Origin: an uncultured Gammaproteobacteria bacterium
GTDB lineage: Bacteria; Pseudomonadota; Gammaproteobacteria; UBA6429; Thiohalophilaceae
DNA length: 64,000 bases
Assembly (NCBI GenBank): GCA_942490945.1
Contig: CALNYZ010000044.1
Span: 2,172-66,171, forward strand
Direction of reading: 5' to 3'
The position numbers were made by a program, and so were the translations under genes. This document shows positions 59,479-64,000 of this stretch, piece after piece. The notes beneath the pieces are model-generated. The model was not told the DNA's origin. It searched no databases and worked only from the letters and a program-made list of their open reading frames with translations. The stretch's first letter is position 1. Every line of letters begins with the position of its first letter.

Positions 59479-60456
59479 ATGATGAGCAAGTACAGAAATA
59501 AATTACCCCTACGGGAGAAGGAAATGTTTCTTTCCGATGGCGGTATGGAAACTACACTGGTATTTCACGAAGGAATCGATTTACCTTACTTCGCGGCATT
59601 TGATTTATTAAAAGATGATCACGGTACCGAGGTATTACGTCGTTATTATAATCACTATGCGCGCATGGCGGTTGAGCGTGGTATGTCTTTCGTATTGGAA
59701 GCGCCCACCTGGCGGGCCAATGCGGACTGGGGCGAAAGACTCGGCTACGATAGCGACACGCTTGCGGATGCCAATCGCAAGGGGGTGGGTTTGATGCTGG
59801 AGATTCGAGACCAGTTTGAATCGGCCACCAGCAAGTTCATTGTTAGTGGCAATATAGGACCACGCGGTGACGGCTATAGTGTTACGGAACGCATGTCCGT
59901 TACGCAAGCCGAACACTACCATTTGCCGCAAATTCGCACCTTTGCCCGAAGCGATGCCGACATGGTCTCCGCTTTTACATTGAACTATGTCGAGGAAGCC
60001 ATCGGTATTGTGCTGGCGGCACGTTCGCAGAATATTCCCGTCGTCATTTCCTTTACCCTTGAGACCGATGGTCGACTGCCTTCGGGTGACTCATTGGCTG
60101 ATGCGATTCAACGAACAGATGAGGCCAGCGATGGTTATCCGGTTTACTACATGATTAACTGTGCACATCCCACACACTTTGCCCATATCTTGCAGCAAAC
60201 CGAGCCATGGCAATTGCGTATCGGTGGATTGCGTGCCAATGCCTCTACACGAAGTCATGCCGAACTCGATGAATGCACCGAGCTTGACGATGGTGATCCG
60301 TTGGATTTGGGTCAACAGTATCGCGAAATGACACAATGTTTCCCCAATCTGGTTGTAGTAGGCGGATGTTGTGGAACCGATCATCGTCATGTTGAGGCGA
60401 TCTGTTCAGCAGTGTCGACGAATGTGGAACTTGTTACTCATCGTATTGCAAAATAA
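59479..60456 (+). CDS. Homocysteine S-methyltransferase family protein
   Basis: SDGGMET near the N-terminus. Zinc-ligand cysteines in MINCAHP and VGGCCGTDH. SD AGGAG. Confidence 0.85.
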   Translation: MMSKYRNKLPLREKEMFLSDGGMETTLVFHEGIDLPYFAAFDLLKDDHGTEVLRRYYNHYARMAVERGMSFVLEAPTWRANADWGERLGYDSDTLADANRKGVGLMLEIRDQFESATSKFIVSGNIGPRGDGYSVTERMSVTQAEHYHLPQIRTFARSDADMVSAFTLNYVEEAIGIVLAARSQNIPVVISFTLETDGRLPSGDSLADAIQRTDEASDGYPVYYMINCAHPTHFAHILQQTEPWQLRIGGLRANASTRSHAELDECTELDDGDPLDLGQQYREMTQCFPNLVVVGGCCGTDHRHVEAICSAVSTNVELVTHRIAK

Positions 60457-60494
60457 ATATGACATCGATGTAATGTGATCCGGAACAAGAAACG

Positions 60495-60522
60495 TGGGCC
60501 GGCATAAACCGGCCCATTTTTT
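60495..60522. terminator. Rho-independent terminator shared by convergent genes
   Basis: TGGGCCGG-cataaa-CCGGCCCA (8-bp GC-rich stem) followed by TTTTTT. The T-tract overlaps the stop codon of the minus-strand methyltransferase gene. Confidence 0.75.
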
Positions 60523-61300
60523 AGAGCGTGCCTGGTATCAAGGTAGCAATCTGCATTTTATATTCACGGTATGTTTCGCCAAACTGTTTGCCGAGGTCAC
60601 GTTCTTCCAGTGCGACGCCAATGACAATATATAAAGTAAACAAACTCGCCATAATAAAGTGTGACAAAGACATCGTTGGTACTGCCCACATGCCTACCAG
60701 CACACCCAGCATCATGGGATGACGGCTGTAGCGATACATAAATTTTCTTGTAAAAGGTAATTTTTTATAAGGTTGGCTTATGAAATAAAGATATACCTGT
60801 CGTAATCCCATTAGCTCAAAGTGGTTGGTGACAAAGGTCGCCACAAACAAATAACCCCAGCCGATTGCATACGCGGACCAGAGTGTCACCTGTGCCAGCG
60901 TACCTTCGACCTGCCATATCATTCCGGGTACAGGCTGCCAGCAATAGATAGCTATCGCCATGGCGATACCGGACATTAACACATAGGTTGAACGTTCAAC
61001 GGCTTCGGGCAAGATCTGTTTCAATCGTTGTTTGAATCCTGCCCGTGCCATGATGCTGTGTTGCAATCCAAACATAACTATTAATGCCAGATTGACACAC
61101 ACAGCAGCTGTGATCGATCCGGTATGAAATGAACTCAATCCCACCGGCGCCAGACCGCCCATCGCAAGGATGATCCAGAGTAATCCACCAACACCGATAC
61201 TGTATGACAAAATTCCATAGCCAAGCACCGCAATTCTTTTGCTAATACCCGGAGCGTCCGTGGTATCAAGCAGGGTTGTAGCTTCTATTACGTGTGACAT
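60521..61300 (-). CDS. Membrane methyltransferase of the ICMT/PEMT superfamily, MddA-like
   Basis: 259 aa and polytopic. C-terminal signature YRYSRHPMMLGVLVGMWAVPTMSLSHF...YIVIGVALEERDLGKQFGETYREYK. Confidence 0.6.
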   Translation of the reverse strand: MSHVIEATTLLDTTDAPGISKRIAVLGYGILSYSIGVGGLLWIILAMGGLAPVGLSSFHTGSITAAVCVNLALIVMFGLQHSIMARAGFKQRLKQILPEAVERSTYVLMSGIAMAIAIYCWQPVPGMIWQVEGTLAQVTLWSAYAIGWGYLFVATFVTNHFELMGLRQVYLYFISQPYKKLPFTRKFMYRYSRHPMMLGVLVGMWAVPTMSLSHFIMASLFTLYIVIGVALEERDLGKQFGETYREYKMQIATLIPGTL

Positions 61301-61328
61301 GTTTGTTCTCCTTAAATTATTTAATTTT

Positions 61329-61757
61329 CTAGTTGGATTTTTTTAATGCTGGAAGCCCGTGCAAAATATTTCCCTGCATTGGTGGCGTAAGAAAGGCTTC
61401 TTTTATAAATCCCATTGTTAACTGCACGTTGCGGTTCATCGGCAGTAACATCAGGTGGCGTGCCATGATGCAATATCCGGTTAACACGCGAGCCAAGGTG
61501 CCCACGGCTGGCACCCACAATAGCCATTGCAAACCCTCCGGTATGGCAAGTAGCAGGAAACAAAAGTAACCCGCGCGAACCTGTACCGGAAAAGCACTCA
61601 CACTGCGTTCGGTGATTATAAAATGTAGCAACTGCACCACCCCAATCAGCAAGGCAATTTGAAATGCCGCCGGATAAACAGTAACTGCCAGCCACAAACA
61701 GGTTGTTGAGGCAACCCAGTACCACCAGCCAGTATCTTTCACATCAAGCATAAACAT
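61329..61757 (-). CDS. Hypothetical 4-TM membrane protein
   Basis: 142-aa hydrophobic ORF, 28 nt upstream of the methyltransferase gene on the same strand. AAGGAGG precedes its ATG. Confidence 0.55.
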   Translation of the reverse strand: MFMLDVKDTGWWYWVASTTCLWLAVTVYPAAFQIALLIGVVQLLHFIITERSVSAFPVQVRAGYFCFLLLAIPEGLQWLLWVPAVGTLARVLTGYCIMARHLMLLPMNRNVQLTMGFIKEAFLTPPMQGNILHGLPALKKSN

Positions 61758-61923
61758 GATTCACCTCCTTAATGCGAATGCTTGCTGCATCCAAATTTTG
61801 TGTTGGCTCGATGCCATTTAAAAACCAGCTGACGGTGCGTAATGCTCGTCCCCGTGCAGTCATTGGTAAATTGATGGTCTGCCTGGGTTTAGTTTTGAAG
61901 TTTTGTATTGCCATGGTGTTCAT
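61744..61923 (-). CDS. Possible 59-aa protein, below the ORF-track cutoff, translationally coupled to the next gene
   Basis: My own translation: MNTMAIQNFKTKPRQTINLPMTARGRALRTVSWFLNGIEPTQNLDAASIRIKEVNHVYA*. AAGGAGA lies 5 nt upstream of the ATG. Its 3' end overlaps the start of 61329..61757 by 14 nt. Confidence 0.35.
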   Translation of the reverse strand: MNTMAIQNFKTKPRQTINLPMTARGRALRTVSWFLNGIEPTQNLDAASIRIKEVNHVYA

Positions 61924-62019
61924 CGTGTTCTCCTTATGTCGTCATTTTTTTAAACTGACACATGCTGTGTCGATGGCAAAAGGATAGGGGGATGAAGCTG
62001 GCGGGAATACTTTCTATCT

Positions 62020-62058
62020 TGTAGTATTTAACTACACAAAGTGTAGTAAGCAACTACA
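62020..62058. promoter_or_regulatory. Two tandem perfect inverted repeats TGTAGT-N5-ACTACA (putative HxlR-type operators)
   Basis: Copies at 62020-62036 (TGTAGTatttaACTACA) and 62042-62058 (TGTAGTaagcaACTACA). Spacing is 22 bp centre to centre. They sit in the 206-bp divergent intergenic region. Confidence 0.55.
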
Positions 62059-62129
62059 TATAAGATATTTACAGATAAGATATTGTAATGGTTGATTTTT
62101 AATCACAATAACCCAAGCAGGAGTCCCAC

Positions 62130-62816
62130 ATGGAATACGGTCAATTCTGCCCTATCGCCAAAGCTTCTGAAATCATTGGTGAAAAATGGTCAATCCTGCT
62201 CATTCGTGAACTGTTAATGGGTGCGACACGGTTTAATGTGTTTCAGCGTGGCCTGGGCATGATTTCACCAACCATTTTAACCAAACGTCTCAACTCACTG
62301 GTCGAACACGGACTGGCCATAAAAAAGAAAATTCCGGGCCAACAGGGCTACGAGTATTTTCCCACTGAATCCTGTCAGGAATTATTGCCGGTGATTAAAT
62401 CATTGGGCGACTGGGGTATGCGTTGGGCGCGACATCACATGCGATCAGATGACTATGATGTCGAGCTGTTAATGCTTTATTTGCAACGCAGCATACAGCC
62501 CGACAAACTGGCGGGTAGTGAATCTACCATTCGATTCAAATTTACTGATCTGAAAGAATTAAGCGACTGGTGGCTGGTGGCAAAAAGTAATGAAGTGGAT
62601 GTCTGCGTAAAGGATCCGGGTAAAGACGTCGATATCTATTTTACCAGTTCAGTCAAAACCATGATTGATGTGTGGATGGGCGATGTCAGTTATCGAAGCG
62701 CGGTAAGAAGCGGTGATTTAAAAGTTGTTGGGCCGAGCAATTTAACCAGGGATATTTTTAGCTGGATGAATATAAGTATATTCGCCGGGTTACCATCGGC
62801 AGCAGAAATCCGATAA
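62130..62816 (+). CDS. HxlR-family winged-helix transcriptional regulator with a ~110-aa C-terminal extension
   Basis: N-terminus CPIAKASEIIGEKWSILLIRELL...RFNVFQRGL..ISPTILTKRLNSLVEHGL is a canonical HxlR domain. 228 aa in total. Confidence 0.8.
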   Translation: MEYGQFCPIAKASEIIGEKWSILLIRELLMGATRFNVFQRGLGMISPTILTKRLNSLVEHGLAIKKKIPGQQGYEYFPTESCQELLPVIKSLGDWGMRWARHHMRSDDYDVELLMLYLQRSIQPDKLAGSESTIRFKFTDLKELSDWWLVAKSNEVDVCVKDPGKDVDIYFTSSVKTMIDVWMGDVSYRSAVRSGDLKVVGPSNLTRDIFSWMNISIFAGLPSAAEIR

Positions 62817-63148
62817 GCCAGCAATCAATCTGAGTTTTCTGTTATATAGTTTCAAGATCGAAAATGAATAACAAGGAAAAGTACTCCCACTGCACTGTTA
62901 CGAGAAAAATTATATTGCCGGATTTATCAAACTATTTAATTTTAACAATTAGTCTTGATATAAATATCCTGAAGTTTTTTATTTTAAATAATTATAACGA
63001 TCCTAAATTCCCGGATATAAATTGAGAAGCCGTCCACAATTTCAACAAAAGTATACAGAAATCACCGATATCTCCTACCTTTTTTACTACTTTAATTTAC
63101 GCTTAATCATGTTAACCCTGTACATGTTGTTTCGTCGAGGTCACCAAA

Positions 63149-64000
63149 ATGAAATATGTAGTAATCTTTTCCGTTATACTCAGTCTGGCATCGCCATTAT
63201 CATTTGCAAAAGAAAAAAGCAGCCACAGAGAAAAAGAGAAACGCCATTACTCTGGAAATAGCAGCATGGTTAAGCTTAAGCGTCAGGTTAATCAAAACAG
63301 TGAAAAAATCACCAACCTGTCTGAACAAGTCCAACAAATAAGTAATAATACAGGTGGCGATACAACAACAGGCGGTATGCAACAACAGGTACAGACAAAT
63401 ACGTCAAATATTAATAATTTGAATACGACAGTGAATAATCTGAGTACCCAGGTGCAAAGCAACAACACGGGGATAAGTAATTTAAACTCACAACTACAAA
63501 CTGCGACAACTACCCTGAATGCGCAGTCTGTCCAGATACAAAACAACAGCAACAGCAATACTAATCAGGATAGTCAATTACTCACCAACATAACGAATAT
63601 TTTCAATAATTCTAACCGAATCACTAATCTTGAAAATGCATCAAACGGTGGCGGCACTACTGTTCCAACTATTGATTTCCTCTCCTACATTCCGGCTGCA
63701 GGAACGAAAGAATTTCAGGAGATCTCCAATTCATCCAGTTCCTGCACAATTGTACGACATTATATTACGCGCACAGATAATGCTGTTGATTCTGATATAC
63801 ATGTTAAGGAGTCGGTCACGAACGGACTCTATGACTGCGCTACCTATGATTTCGACTACAAACTGACAGCCATGTCGCTGTCATTAGTCACATATAAAGA
63901 CCATAGTATATCTGCTGCAATCAATTTTGATTCCCCTGGTGAAGTGCTTAAGGTCTCAATGGAAGAGGGAAGATCTTTTGGTTTTGCCAGTACCAATATC
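63149..64000 (+). CDS. Secreted Asn/Gln/Thr-rich coiled-coil protein, 5' part (runs off the window)
   Basis: My own translation gives an open frame for 284 codons to the window edge. Signal peptide MKYVVIFSVILSLASPLSFA, then periodic N-L-x-x-Q-V-Q-type repeats (ITNLSEQVQQ, INNLNTTVNNLSTQVQS, ISNLNSQLQT), then a globular part. Absent from the supplied track because there is no stop codon. Confidence 0.65.
   Translation, partial: MKYVVIFSVILSLASPLSFAKEKSSHREKEKRHYSGNSSMVKLKRQVNQNSEKITNLSEQVQQISNNTGGDTTTGGMQQQVQTNTSNINNLNTTVNNLSTQVQSNNTGISNLNSQLQTATTTLNAQSVQIQNNSNSNTNQDSQLLTNITNIFNNSNRITNLENASNGGGTTVPTIDFLSYIPAAGTKEFQEISNSSSSCTIVRHYITRTDNAVDSDIHVKESVTNGLYDCATYDFDYKLTAMSLSLVTYKDHSISAAINFDSPGEVLKVSMEEGRSFGFASTNI

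Noticed and set aside
61772-61987. 71-aa plus-strand ORF in the HxlR divergent region
   Set aside because: It lies antisense to a better-supported 59-aa minus-strand ORF that has a strong SD and translational coupling. It has no SD of its own.
1-64000. Scan for CRISPR arrays, tRNA/rRNA genes, IS elements, integrases, prophage genes and toxin-antitoxin pairs
   Set aside because: I saw no regularly spaced direct repeats, no cloverleaf-like tRNA segments in the intergenic regions I read, and no transposase, integrase or phage-like ORFs. An eye scan cannot exclude short sRNAs. Infernal/tRNAscan would be decisive.
1-64000. Selenocysteine recoding (in-frame TGA), prompted by the presence of selD
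   Set aside because: No pair of adjacent same-frame ORFs separated by a single TGA was evident, and no typical selenoprotein family (FdhA, GrdB and so on) is present.

Overview
This 64-kb window looks like chromosomal backbone from a moderately AT-rich, Gammaproteobacteria-type genome. By eye I recognise orthologues of E. coli hemN, yheS, pgm, selD, ybbB/selU, rssA, ygiQ, slp and yccT. I count about 60 protein-coding genes. I found no rRNA, tRNA, CRISPR array, transposase, integrase or phage genes.

Housekeeping content:
- purK 3' end, and hemN with an FNR-type box upstream
- methionine-salvage operon mtnB-mtnD-mtnC
- ABC-F ATPase yheS, and pgm
- selD-selU, the selenouridine trait
- several MFS, TauE and CPA2 transporters

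Accessory or poorly understood content worth a second look:
1. A divergent module made of a RimK-type ATP-grasp ligase, a DUF2817/M14 peptidase and a GNAT fused to a C39-like peptidase. A Ycf46-like AAA+ ATPase follows it (53.7-57.5 kb).
2. An atypical glycan or modification locus: GT2, radical SAM with an auxiliary-cluster domain, and a pyruvyl-transferase fusion. A 7-blade FG-GAP membrane protein and a GT4 gene converge on it (32.4-39.9 kb).
3. An AT-rich stretch of orphan genes at 39.9-47.3 kb. It holds a membrane-anchored NERD-like protein, an orphan PilT/PilU ATPase, a YccT-like lipoprotein and a 740-aa serine hydrolase.
4. An HxlR-type regulator with two perfect TGTAGT-N5-ACTACA operators. 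These face a three-gene operon that ends in an MddA-like membrane methyltransferase (60.5-62.8 kb).
5. A CarS-like (DUF46) gene adjacent to a DUF368 gene, both linked to polyprenyl-phosphate chemistry.

All functional calls rest on motif recognition by eye and were not checked against any database. The novelty claims are hypotheses.
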